From: Cenarchaeum sp.
GTDB lineage: Archaea > Thermoproteota > Nitrososphaeria > Nitrososphaerales > Nitrosopumilaceae
Direction of reading: 5' to 3'
NCBI GenBank assembly: GCA_965206845.1
Contig: OZ242221.1
Location: 1,120,001 to 1,184,000, forward strand
DNA: 64,000 nucleotides
This document shows positions 1-9,841 of the stretch, in pieces. Position numbers and translations under genes: made by a program. The notes below the pieces were generated by a model. That model had not been told where the DNA came from and searched no databases. It saw nothing but the letters and a program-made list of their open reading frames with translations. Position 1 is the stretch's first letter; each line of letters starts with the position of its first letter.

Positions 1-370
1 GGTGGCTCTCAAAGACTAGCAGCCTGCCGCCTGGGATGGGGCTTTGGCCAGACACCTGTATGCTGTGCAGGCCCACCCTGAGCGAGTCGGAGCGCCTCAG
101 CGTGCCGCCCATCGTCAGCGCAAGTATCTCGGCGCCGTAGCATATGCCCAGAAGCGGCTTTCCCTCGGATACGCAGTGCCTGATGATCCTGGAGTTGGGT
201 ACGTTGGTTCTGGAGTCGTTTACCCTGCGGCCCGACAGGATGACCGAGTCGAATCCGTCTGGCGGGCCGACGTCGGCGCAGCGGACGGACTTGAAGCGCG
301 CATTGCACGAGGTGAGTATCTCCTGCAGGTTTTTTGTGAACACGGATCCGTTGTCGACTACCAGCAGCAA
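1..370 (-). CDS. Class I glutamine amidotransferase (GMP synthase subunit A-like), runs off the window edge
   Basis: Manual translation from TTG at 370: MLLVVDNGSVFT...FDSVILSG...GKPLLGICYGAEILALTMGG...VFESH; contains the GATase1 PxLGICxG nucleophile elbow. Absent from the ORF track because it is truncated. Confidence 0.85.
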   Translation of the reverse strand, partial: MLLVVDNGSVFTKNLQEILTSCNARFKSVRCADVGPPDGFDSVILSGRRVNDSRTNVPNSRIIRHCVSEGKPLLGICYGAEILALTMGGTLRRSDSLRVGLHSIQVSGQSPIPGGRLLVFESH

Positions 371-3223
371 CTAGCTGCCTACCTCTACTGAGATGTAGTG
401 CATCTCGGTGATACCTTCGGTGTTTATTATGGTGCCAAAGTTGAAGACGTCCTCGCTCTCCTCCCACATGAAGACCCTGTCGGTCCTGGGCTTGACGTAG
501 CTGCTGATGAACGTGTCTATCAGCTCCAGCGTGTCATCCGTCTCGGTGTCGGTGATGTAGAAGATCTCGCCCTCCTTGAAGGACAGCGTGACCTGGATCG
601 ACGCGGGCCTGCTAATGCTGATGTCTTCTGCCTGGAACGCCGCTAACATCGTGTCTATGCGGTTCTCCCTTGTCAGCTCCGGCTGGTCGCCGTTGGTCAC
701 GGCGCTCGTCGTGGCCACGCCCGAGAGCTTTTGGAGGTATGCGGTAAAGGCGGCCTCTTGCGTATCGCCGAGCCCTACATAGTACTCCCCGGTGAACGCG
801 GCGCCCACCGCGGCGATGGTTCCCAGCTGCGCCACCACACCGCCGGCGCCGGCCGTATACACGGGGATGAAGTAGGTATCATGCTCGCCCACGTTGTACA
901 GGATGTTGTCGCCGATCCTGGGGTTGCGCAGCAGGGTTCTGAGCTGTGCAAAGTCGGGATCCCTGTCCAGCGCCTCGCGGACGGCGGTGGGCCCGATCAG
1001 CTTGGTGGTGGAATTGAGCGGCACTTCGTAGAACCGCATGTTGCCCAGGCTGGAGAGGTCGTTCTCGACTATCATGTATCCGGCCAGGTTCCTGCCCTGG
1101 GAGCCGCGCAGCTCCAGCGACAGCAGCCCGACAAACTCCGTCTGGTTGAATCCCGGCGGCTTGGCCTCGATGTAGTAAGGGTTCAGGCCCCTGGGTATCT
1201 CGTAGAACTCGTTTGCCTGTATGAATGTCTCCACGTTGTCCACGTGGTATATGTTGTACATCTCGGTCTTCCAGGTGAAGAGCTCCACCGGGTACCGGAT
1301 CTGCTCCTCCAGCCAGCTGGGGACGGGCTCTAACCTGTCCTGGTATTGGCTGACGAACATGTCCGCAAAGAAGTCGTCTCCGGACTGCAGCAGCCTGATG
1401 TTGCCGTCGTACGTGTCGATCAGCGCATAGCCCACCAGCCTCAGGTACGGGTTGCCCATGGACCATGGCACGTCGTCGGTGTCAAAGCCCACTATCAGCG
1501 GGACAAGCCAGTACGAGTTCTCGCCGTCGGTCACCGGCAGCGAGTCCAGCTCGTTGTTGAACAGGTTGTAGAGAAAGTACGGGTACAGCGTCTCCATCCT
1601 CTCGGTGATGTCCTTGTACCTCATAAGGTGGACCGGCTCGGTCGGGAACGACAGCAGAAAGTTTGGCTCAAACATGTAGCTCAGGGGTGGCGGTACCGTG
1701 AGGCCTCCGGTCCCGTCATATGACACACCACCCAGCTCGGCGCTCTCTACCCTGTTGACGGGGTATGCGGACCACTCCTCCTCCAGCAGTCCACCCTCGC
1801 CGTAGTAGATGGTCCTCTGTGAGAAGAACTTCCCGCTGTCCACTATGCTGCCGTCTGTCGCCTGCAGGGTCAGAAAGCCGTTTGGAACGTGGGTATACAC
1901 AAGGTGCTCGTTGTACCACAGGTTGTCCTGGCTTACCGACGGGGGCGTTATGGGCTTCATGGATGCGGTCCAGTACAGCGTGTTGTTGAAGCGCAGGATG
2001 TCGTTGTCCTCAAAGTCCACGTAGGGAATCAGGCCGATCTCTGGCTTGAGCTTGGCAAAGGCGGCCTCCCAGTCCCAGACGCGGATCACGCCCAGCACGT
2101 CGCTGTTGCTCTCTACGTAGTTCTCAATGTTGTTGGGTGAGATGGACTTGAGCTGGACGTCGTGGGTGTTCTCGTTGATCTTGTCCAGCTCCCCCAGGTA
2201 CCTGTTGACGCCGATCTGCTGTGCGGTGTACGGGCCCAGGAACTCGATCTTCCTTGCGTCGGCGACGCTGTCGTTTACCGTTACGATGCCTGCGGGTATG
2301 ATGCCGATGGCCAAAAGTATGAGAATCCTGATGTACACGTCGCGCTTTAGCATGTGGGTCAGAATCCTGGCCCTGATCCGATCTGTGACCGCAAACGCAA
2401 TGAGCGCCACGCCTGCCAGCATTATGCCCGCAATCACATACCTGGTGTTGTAGTCGATCTCCGCCGTAAAGAAGAGGTTGAAGCCAGCCCACAGGACGCC
2501 GATCCCTATTATCGCCTCGATGGTGGCGACGTAGTTGAGGTACCGGGGCTTTCCGTCGGCGGTGTCCTTGATGTAGGATGTTATCACCTTGAGCATGTTG
2601 TGCGCGCCGACGTACAGGACCAGGCGTAGCCCGATTACGCTCAGCAGGGAGGGGATCAGGATGACCAGCGCCGGAACCATGGGGATTACGGTATCTGCCG
2701 CATAGGCGCTGTCCGTTGGCGGCGTCACAAACGGTAGCGTAAAGAGGACGGGCAGGTTCTCGACGCCCAAAGTGTTGCCGTCGTAGAACTCCACTGCGGC
2801 AAAGCCGAACATCACGTTTGTGAAGAAGGCGCCAAAGAGGAGTATCTTTGTGACCTGCCATATCGAGAACTGGACCAGGCCCATCTTGTAGTCGCGAAAG
2901 CCGTTGATGTTCTTTGCGATCGGATCCCGGGGGCCGCGGTTGATAAACGAGATGGCCGTGCTTATGCTGTACCAGAAGATCGAGGACCTGGACACAAAGT
3001 TCACCCTGACCAGGGCGATGACCGAGAGCACCAGGGCGGATATGACGGAGTAGTACAGCGGCTTTGTGAACTCGTCGGCGAACTCGCCAAAGTTCATCCA
3101 CAGCGTGATGCTCTGGTTCCCCGTTATGATGAATATGATGATGGCCAGTATTCCGACAACCGCCCACGGGACATACTTGCCCGCGTCTGGTGGGGGAGCC
3201 TTCTCGGTGGACGTGCTATACAA
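371..3223 (-). CDS. UPF0182 family membrane protein
   Basis: 950 aa; multi-TM N-terminal half; W..EHLVYTH..GF, IYYGE, ALIDTYDG and IRYPVELF motifs typical of UPF0182. Confidence 0.85.
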   Translation of the reverse strand: MYSTSTEKAPPPDAGKYVPWAVVGILAIIIFIITGNQSITLWMNFGEFADEFTKPLYYSVISALVLSVIALVRVNFVSRSSIFWYSISTAISFINRGPRDPIAKNINGFRDYKMGLVQFSIWQVTKILLFGAFFTNVMFGFAAVEFYDGNTLGVENLPVLFTLPFVTPPTDSAYAADTVIPMVPALVILIPSLLSVIGLRLVLYVGAHNMLKVITSYIKDTADGKPRYLNYVATIEAIIGIGVLWAGFNLFFTAEIDYNTRYVIAGIMLAGVALIAFAVTDRIRARILTHMLKRDVYIRILILLAIGIIPAGIVTVNDSVADARKIEFLGPYTAQQIGVNRYLGELDKINENTHDVQLKSISPNNIENYVESNSDVLGVIRVWDWEAAFAKLKPEIGLIPYVDFEDNDILRFNNTLYWTASMKPITPPSVSQDNLWYNEHLVYTHVPNGFLTLQATDGSIVDSGKFFSQRTIYYGEGGLLEEEWSAYPVNRVESAELGGVSYDGTGGLTVPPPLSYMFEPNFLLSFPTEPVHLMRYKDITERMETLYPYFLYNLFNNELDSLPVTDGENSYWLVPLIVGFDTDDVPWSMGNPYLRLVGYALIDTYDGNIRLLQSGDDFFADMFVSQYQDRLEPVPSWLEEQIRYPVELFTWKTEMYNIYHVDNVETFIQANEFYEIPRGLNPYYIEAKPPGFNQTEFVGLLSLELRGSQGRNLAGYMIVENDLSSLGNMRFYEVPLNSTTKLIGPTAVREALDRDPDFAQLRTLLRNPRIGDNILYNVGEHDTYFIPVYTAGAGGVVAQLGTIAAVGAAFTGEYYVGLGDTQEAAFTAYLQKLSGVATTSAVTNGDQPELTRENRIDTMLAAFQAEDISISRPASIQVTLSFKEGEIFYITDTETDDTLELIDTFISSYVKPRTDRVFMWEESEDVFNFGTIINTEGITEMHYISVEVGS

Positions 3224-3529
3224 AACTGCTTTAGCTTGATATCTGCTAAATTAATGTCTTGCCACACGGCGTGCGGCATGCTGTGCCGGTGTACGCGTCC
3301 GTACAGGTTCCTGCTCCCGGCAGGCGGTCCTGCGCCATGGCAGGGGGGTGCGCGTAAAGGACTCGGAGGGCTTCGATCCCCCGATCTGGCGGTCCGAAGC
3401 CGCCCGCACTGTCCTGACTGTGCTACGAGTCCAGCAGGACGGGGGCGGCGGCAACCTAAATACCTGACTTTTCGTGCCGGGCGTCCCGCATCGATAACCT
3501 AAATTACGGTTCGGGTTCCACCATATGCC

Positions 3530-4714
3530 TTGAAGGTGTCAAAGAAGGTGACCGGCGTGGAGTATGCCATCCGGGACATAGTTGAGGCTGCCAGGAGGGT
3601 CCAGCAGCGGGGCATACGTGTCGACTACCTCAACATAGGCGATCCTGTGCAGTACGGCTTTCAGCCTCCGGCAAACGTGAGGGAGGCCATGATAGACGCG
3701 ATCCGGAGGGGAGACAACTACTACTCGCACTCCGAGGGCCTGCCCGAGCTCAGGGCCGAGATCGCAAAAAAGGAGGAGTCCAAGGGTCTCTCGGTCACTG
3801 CGGACGACATCCTGGTCACCAACGGCGTCTCTGAGGCGCTGGACATGGTGATGTCCTCCATAGTGGAGGACGGGGACGAGGTCCTGCTCCCGGGACCCTA
3901 CTATCCACCGTATGCGTCATACATCCGGCTGCACGGGGGTGTGCCGGTGGAGTTTGCCGTGAACCCGGACGACCCGACGCCGGACATGGACGATATCCGC
4001 TCCCGGATCACGCCGAGGACCGTGGCAATATGCCTCATCTCGCCCAACAATCCCACGGGTGTGGTCTTTGACGGGCGGGCCCTCAAGGGCCTGGTGGACC
4101 TTGCCAACGAGCACGGCCTCTACATCATATGCGACGAGATATACGACAAGATAGTCTTTGACGGAGAGTTTACGGGCATGGGCGGCGCGTCCGGCGACTC
4201 GCCGGTCATAATCCTCAACGGCTTCTCCAAGGGGTACCTGATGACGGGGTGGCGGATAGGCTACATCGCCTTTAACCGGTCTCCGTCGCTGCAGCAGCTG
4301 AGGGAGAACCTGCCCAAGCTTGCGCGGGTGCGCATCTCCACAAACCTGCCGGTGCAGTACGGGGCTCTGGAGTCCCTTCGGGGGCCGCAGGATTACATAT
4401 CTGACTTTGTCTCGGAGATCAAGAAGCGCCGCGACATGGTGGTAAAGCGCCTCAACTCGATCCCCGGCCTGTCGTGCTCCAATCCCCGGGGGGCGTTCTA
4501 CGTCTTTCCGAGGATAGAGCACAACCCGTTCCCGTCTGACCTGGAGTTCGTCTTGGGGCTGCTGGAGAAGGGTGTGCTGGCGGTTCACGGCTCCGGCTTT
4601 GGGGCGCAGCACGGCTCGAACCACTTTCGGCTTGTGTTCCTGCCGCACCCGGACATACTGGACTCGGCGCTCGACAGGATCGAGTCCTTTGTGGGCACGG
4701 CCATGCGGCCCTAG
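3530..4714 (+). CDS. PLP-dependent aminotransferase class I/II (aspartate/alanine aminotransferase-like)
   Basis: YLNIGDP, SPNNPTG, DEIYD and GFSKGYLMTGWRIGY (PLP lysine) motifs. Confidence 0.92.
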   Translation: MKVSKKVTGVEYAIRDIVEAARRVQQRGIRVDYLNIGDPVQYGFQPPANVREAMIDAIRRGDNYYSHSEGLPELRAEIAKKEESKGLSVTADDILVTNGVSEALDMVMSSIVEDGDEVLLPGPYYPPYASYIRLHGGVPVEFAVNPDDPTPDMDDIRSRITPRTVAICLISPNNPTGVVFDGRALKGLVDLANEHGLYIICDEIYDKIVFDGEFTGMGGASGDSPVIILNGFSKGYLMTGWRIGYIAFNRSPSLQQLRENLPKLARVRISTNLPVQYGALESLRGPQDYISDFVSEIKKRRDMVVKRLNSIPGLSCSNPRGAFYVFPRIEHNPFPSDLEFVLGLLEKGVLAVHGSGFGAQHGSNHFRLVFLPHPDILDSALDRIESFVGTAMRP

Positions 4715-4718
4715 CCGG

Positions 4719-5108
4719 TCAGTACTGCCAGCCCCATGTCCTGTCGGGCGTGATCTCTACGATGCAGTCCGTGTCATCAAGCAGGTCCTGCGCGGCCCTG
4801 GTCATGCTCTCAAAGTACCGCATCAGGATCCTGGTTGCGATCCCCTTGACGCTGGAGTCCAGGATGAGCCGGGCGCGGCCTTGGCCTGCCACGCCGTATA
4901 TGTTCGGCGCGTTTATCCCCACGTCCACGCAAAAGCCGACCCGGTCGTCCCTTTGGATGTTTCTTACCTTTCTGCTCTTTGCGCTGGTGCCGATGTAGAA
5001 TTTTCCTGCGTCGTACAGGTACCATAGCGGCGTCACGTGCGGCCCGCCGTCCTCGGCGGTGGCAAGCCGGATTATCCGGGAGTCGCGCAGGAAATCATCG
5101 CGGCGCAA
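4719..5108 (-). CDS. Pyridoxamine 5'-phosphate oxidase-like (PPOX / F420-binding split barrel) protein
   Basis: RLAT..DGGPHVTPLWY, K..NI..D.RV.F.VD motifs; co-oriented with the F420 reductase gene. Confidence 0.8.
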   Translation of the reverse strand: MRRDDFLRDSRIIRLATAEDGGPHVTPLWYLYDAGKFYIGTSAKSRKVRNIQRDDRVGFCVDVGINAPNIYGVAGQGRARLILDSSVKGIATRILMRYFESMTRAAQDLLDDTDCIVEITPDRTWGWQY

Positions 5109-5328
5109 CGTTCTTCCTAAACCCCATGGCTATCATGAATGCCCCAAAGGCGATCATCGCAAGAGAGAGCTTCTCGTTTGTGAACTCCGCGCTCAGTATA
5201 AAGTCCAGCACAAAGTCCGGAGTCCACAGGGCAACCTGTCTCGCGAGCGTGATGCATGCCATAATTATGAACAGGAGTCCGATGGCGGTGTACCAGTTCC
5301 TGCCGCGGCGGTAGTATTCGGTGCTCAT
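5095..5328 (-). CDS. Small two-TM membrane protein
   Basis: MSTEYYRRGRNWY... with two hydrophobic helices, packed between npdG and the PPOX gene. Confidence 0.65.
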   Translation of the reverse strand: MSTEYYRRGRNWYTAIGLLFIIMACITLARQVALWTPDFVLDFILSAEFTNEKLSLAMIAFGAFMIAMGFRKNVAPR

Positions 5329-5335
5329 GCCGGGA

Positions 5336-6007
5336 CTAGACAACCTTGATGCCGGGATTCCTGATCTTGTTTCTTATCATGGCGTTGAGGAGCAGCGGCG
5401 TTGCGATCTCTGCCATATACGCAAGCTTTCCCGGTCCCAGACGTATGGGGCGTAGCCCGTCGATCTCGCTTATCAGGCCTTCGACTGTGGCGGTGGCCTC
5501 CCTGTCATCCCCGCACACAAATATGTCATAGTTCAGCTGCAGCTTTGGGTTTGCCAGCTTCTTCTCGGATATTACATGAAACGCAGATACCACGCGGGAC
5601 GCATCTTTTGCGTGCCTTGAGACCATCACGTGGGACGACTCCCTGCCGTCCATCATCGGAATGAACTCAAAGCCGGTGTCGGTCTTGACCATGGGTACTA
5701 TGGGCGATACCACGACGCACCCGTCTCCTGCCGCAGACAGCACCTGGGGGCACACCGAGTCGATGTTCTCATACGGTATGGACAGTATCAGAACGTCGCT
5801 CTGCCTTGCGACCTCTGCGTTGCCGTCCCCTGAGATGGTGCCGCCTATGTCGCCGTGGATCCCCCTTGCAAGCTCCAGGTATTCGCTGGCTGCCACAGCG
5901 GCCCTTCCGGCATCCCTGGAGCCTATCAGGATCTCGTGCCTTGTGCACCACCGCAACGCAAACCCCCTTCCCATTCCGCCGGTGCCTCCGATGATGCCGA
6001 TTCTCAC
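5336..6007 (-). CDS. npdG: NADPH-dependent F420 reductase
   Basis: MRIGIIGGTGGMGRG Rossmann fold, IGSRD, LSIPY, VVSAFH, VCGDD motifs. Confidence 0.85.
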   Translation of the reverse strand: MRIGIIGGTGGMGRGFALRWCTRHEILIGSRDAGRAAVAASEYLELARGIHGDIGGTISGDGNAEVARQSDVLILSIPYENIDSVCPQVLSAAGDGCVVVSPIVPMVKTDTGFEFIPMMDGRESSHVMVSRHAKDASRVVSAFHVISEKKLANPKLQLNYDIFVCGDDREATATVEGLISEIDGLRPIRLGPGKLAYMAEIATPLLLNAMIRNKIRNPGIKVV

Positions 6008-6056
6008 AGCAATCGTCTGGGAATGTTATTATTATCTCTATGCGAAGGCAGTGGAC

Positions 6057-6680
6057 TTGTCGCTGATAGTATTTTTGAGGCACGGCCAGGCACTAAACAA
6101 CGTGCAGAAGATTCTTGCAGGCAGGACGCCTGGCTACGAGCTGACGCAGAAGGGAGTGGAGCAGGCCCGGGCAGCGGCACGGATGCTCCGGCCCCTTGGC
6201 ATATCCCACATATACTGCAGCCCCATCGAGCGCGCGCGCCAGACCGCCGGTATCGTGGCAGGGGAGGTATCGGCAGACGTCACCCCGGATGACCGCCTCC
6301 TGGAGCTGGACATGGGCAGTTTTACCGGCATGAGATATGACGACATCGAGCCCAGGTACGGAAACGTCTTTGAAAAGTTCTACCACGGCAGCCCGGATAT
6401 TGAGGAGAACGGCATCGAGTCCTTTGCCGATGTGAGGCAGCGGGTGGCCGACATGGCAGACCATATAGTCCGGAGCCACCCCGAGGAGAACACCCTGCTG
6501 GTGACCCACATGGATCCCGTCAAGGCCATGCTGGCAAACGTGACGGGCCTGAACCCGCACTCGCTGTACCGGCTGATAATCGCAAACGCGTCACTGAACA
6601 TATTTGCGCAGCACCAAGGCGAGATCTATCTCATGGGCCTCAATGTCGTGGACACCGCAAGGTTCAACGACGTATGGTAG
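6057..6680 (+). CDS. Histidine phosphatase / phosphoglycerate mutase family protein
   Basis: LRHG, SP..RA.QTA, L.E.D.G and LLVTH motifs; start placed at TTG 6057 (the upstream ORF extension is the antisense of npdG). Confidence 0.88.
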   Translation: MSLIVFLRHGQALNNVQKILAGRTPGYELTQKGVEQARAAARMLRPLGISHIYCSPIERARQTAGIVAGEVSADVTPDDRLLELDMGSFTGMRYDDIEPRYGNVFEKFYHGSPDIEENGIESFADVRQRVADMADHIVRSHPEENTLLVTHMDPVKAMLANVTGLNPHSLYRLIIANASLNIFAQHQGEIYLMGLNVVDTARFNDVW

Positions 6681-6937
6681 CCCCAGAGCACAAGGCTTTG
6701 TGCTTTCACCAAGCAGAGAATTCACTGACGGTGATGGCGTATTTGCCTGATGAGGATGTGCGGGCAAGAGCCCGAATGCCAGTCATCCATGTGCAAGACG
6801 GACATTGCCATGGCTGTACATCTCTTGGCAGCTCCTGCCATGGAGCAATAGGTGGTACCTCCGATGCCGAGAAAGGAGCATGCGGAGACCGGAGCCTTTC
6901 CAGACCGGACAGGTCGTTGCCGATTCTAGGAAGAATC

Positions 6938-7144
6938 ATGGTATGGATAAAAAAAGAGGCAAGGAAGGCCGCCCACCGGATGGCAGACGGAGATATACAG
7001 ACTCGCACGAGACGGTGTGGTTCTAGGGGATATTCCAAAAAGATTCACGTAAGGAGGCATGCCAGAAAAACAGAAGCCAAAGAGAACAAAAAGTTTCAGA
7101 AATGGGTAGATGCCAACGTCAAAGGGAAGACAAGGAGCATCTGA
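6938..7144 (+). CDS. Possible small basic hypothetical protein
   Basis: MVWIKKEARK...KGKTRSI, 68 aa, K/R-rich, at the left edge of the AT-rich islet; no recognisable motif. Confidence 0.3.
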   Translation: MVWIKKEARKAAHRMADGDIQTRTRRCGSRGYSKKIHVRRHARKTEAKENKKFQKWVDANVKGKTRSI

Positions 7145-7373
7145 TGGCGGCTATACTTGATGGTGTCCGGCCTGCGCGCCCACCAACGCAGTCATGACGC
7201 AAGGTACAAGCCGAGATGGAAAACCTGCCATGGCACAGGACGGACCAGGCGCAGGGAGTAGTTTTGAGCGTAACGCACAGCAATCGGTTGGAGTCAGAGC
7301 CGGTGTCCTAATGTCTGCAGCCATGGTACATGCTTGTATTGATCATAAATGCAGAAAACTGCCCATTCTAGAT

Positions 7374-7441
7374 TATACACTTTCGCGAAATCGTATATGG
7401 GTGATACATATAGGATTATATGTGCAGAAAAAGCTTTAAAT
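7374..7441 (+). promoter_or_regulatory. BRE/TATA promoter with two upstream inverted repeats
   Basis: GAAAAAG-CTTTAAA ending at 7440, 24 bp before ATG 7464; IRs TATACacTTTCGCGAAAtcGTATA (7374-7397) and ACATATA-ggat-TATATGT (7406-7423). Confidence 0.6.
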
Positions 7442-7463
7442 TCTAGATTTATGCTCCTTAGAT

Positions 7464-9476
7464 ATGGTTAAGAGAGCAGACATAACTCCAGACAAGTCAC
7501 TGATTCAAAAGCTTGGACTGGTGGGATACAGAGACATGATCCGCAATTAAGAAGCCTTCGATGCCCATAATCTTACAGAGTGCTCCAAAGATTGCAGAGC
7601 TGCTAATGTGCCTGACAATTACGAACATCTCAGAACGGAGCAGGCGATTGCAGAGCTGCTGGACAATTCCATCGACGCGAGAGTTGAAGGCAGAAAGGAA
7701 ATGATTACTGTGCGGCTAAGCCCAAATGAGAGAATGATTCAAGTCACAGACGATGGGCATGGCATGAACGAAGATGATCTGGCCGATGCAATGACGGTTG
7801 CAAAGGGCACAAAACTAAAAGGACAACTAGGGCAGTTCGGCATGGGGATGAACAGCGCGTGCTCCGCATTAGGGAAAAACTTCGTTATCGCAACATCAAA
7901 GGCCGACTCGGATGAGGAATACCAGACAGAGTACGACGAGGAAAAGTGGCTGTCAGACGAATCAAAAGGTTGGAAGAACCTTGAAATAACTGCAAGAACG
8001 TTGGGCGAAGGTGAAAAATGGCACGGCACAAAAATCACAATCAAAAAACTAAAGGTCCCAGTATATCCAAACCAGGTATCGAAGTTTAAGGAAAGTTTTG
8101 GAACACGCTATGCTCCATACTTGAAGTCCGGCCACATCTCAATAAGGATCAATACGACGTTCTGCATACCGGAAAAACCGGATGTGGTGGAAGGCAGCAC
8201 AAGCGAGGTCAAGATAGGTCTATCAAAAAGCAACAAACTCTGGGGGCATGTTGCATTATTGAAAAAAAGATCTGTACGAGGAGATTATGGCATCCATTTA
8301 TTTAAGAACAAACGATTAATCAAGGCAAATGAAAAATTTGGGTTTTCCGCACACCCAAAACAGGCACAGGTGGTTGGAGCATTAAACATGGATCACGTTC
8401 CGGTTAATTTTAACAAGAGCGGATTCATTGAAGACAGTCTGGAATACCAAGAAGCCCTATCTGCATTTCAGGAATCCCCGGAATTAAAGAGCATATTGCG
8501 CCTAGCCCAATCAAGAAGAGAGATTGTTGCATCTGTAGAGTCAGTGTTTGATTACTTTGGCGGGAAATCACCACAACAGTATTTGGATCGCAGCGTAAAC
8601 TTGAAAATTGCAGGCGAGATATTGGACAAAACACCTAGGCTGGAAGTGAAGATGGACAACAAACTGGTAGATATACGTCTGGAGGCACTGGGAGACCTTC
8701 CTCTTTATACAATAAACGGCGGCAATTCGCAAATCACCGTTGTCATAAACAAGGACAATAGAGCATTCAAATTCGTAAAAAATCCGTTATTTTTGATCGG
8801 GATGATTGCATCGGAAATAAAAATTCTTGCAACGAGTCCCAATTTTGAGAATGTTGTCAAGGAAAGAAATCGGAGCCTTGGTAAGTTTGTAGAAGAATGG
8901 TCCAAAAAACCAGGCGAAGCGAGTTTCAGGGACAGAGAAGTAGAGATACCATATATGGTAAACTACAAACTAGCCAACGATCTGTTTGAACCGCACGAAT
9001 ACCTTAAAGAAAAAATAGGGTTCAGGTTTCAGTTTACCGCACTGTCAACCCTAGTACCATACCTGCACAATTTGCGCGGTAAGGTAGTGTATACAGTGTA
9101 TACAGAACCTGGGAAGGGCGAGTACCTTGCAGACATGCTTGGCCAAAAATTTGACAGCAAGTTTGTTGTGGTAAACAAACCCAAATCCGATATGCTAAAC
9201 ATGCTGTTGCAAATCCCGACAGTAGACAGAATTATTGCGATAAGAGAATACTCGGTAATTGGGGGATCAACAGTGGCAGCTCCGGAAAAGGCCTATCTTG
9301 ATCTGGTAAATGAGGCTGGCCGGGGCGTCCCTGTAGGCGAAACAGAGCTTAGAAAAGTATTTTCAAGCATGCGGAGATACAACCTGATTGATCACACAAA
9401 ATTAAGGACATATGCCAGCTTTACCAAGAGAATAGGCGCCCTTGAGCGCATACTGGGGGACGGACTGCAGTGGTAG
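7464..9476 (+). pseudogene. MORC-like GHKL ATPase (HATPase_c_3 + S5 fold) fused to C-terminal AbiEi/DUF6577-like domain; interrupted near the 5' end by a MITE (may be expressed from GTG 7608)
   Basis: Removing the insert restores MVKRADITPDKSLIQKLGLVGY-RTEQAIAELLDNSIDA. GHKL boxes ELLDNSIDA, DDGHGM, GQFGMG, HGTKIT; S5-like GIHLFKNKRLI and VPVNFNKSGF; C-terminal VAAPEKAYLDL...IDHTKLRTYA. Confidence 0.75.
7532..7630. mobile_element. MITE family A, copy 1 (99 bp, CAG TSD)
   Basis: Flanked by CAG...CAG; imperfect TIR AGACATGATCCGCAATT / AATTACGAACATCT; reverse complement aligns with 20577-20714; excision restores the host reading frame and motif. Confidence 0.85.
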
Positions 9477-9841
9477 AGCTTCACTTCGCCGATCAGCTGA
9501 AACAGGATAACATAGAAAGAATTCTGGCAGAAAATGACTTTCAAAATGCGTATCCTGTAGAGCAATTCATAATGGATTTCGAAGCGCTTGTACATATCCA
9601 AGAAAAATTACCTGATTGCGTAGTGAGAGGTGGAATGGCCGTGCCCTTTCACATAAATGACAGTACACTACACAGGCTAAGTGTAGACATAGACATTGTA
9701 ACCGGCCATTCAAGAACCGAAGTCATATCCGCAGTGAGTGAAATTAGAAAAACGCTTGGGAGAAAAATAGACATTCCAGATCCTCATATTCCAAGGAGGT
9801 ACCAGATGGTAGGCGGAATGTGCAGACCCGTACAAACATGA
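9470..9841 (+). pseudogene. AbiEii-family nucleotidyltransferase toxin (type IV TA), C-terminally truncated
   Basis: VVRGGMAVPFH...HRLSVDIDIV matches the AbiEii GG..A / R.S.D.D catalytic motif; only 123 aa; start overlaps the upstream gene end by 7 nt. Confidence 0.75.

Noticed and set aside
7529-7636. The in-frame hairpin insert as an archaeal bulge-helix-bulge mRNA intron
   Set aside because: Only a GAGA/UCUC helix with a 2-nt bulge forms, there is no outer helix, and the predicted cuts would remove 97 nt (out of frame). The TSD and second intergenic copy favour a MITE.
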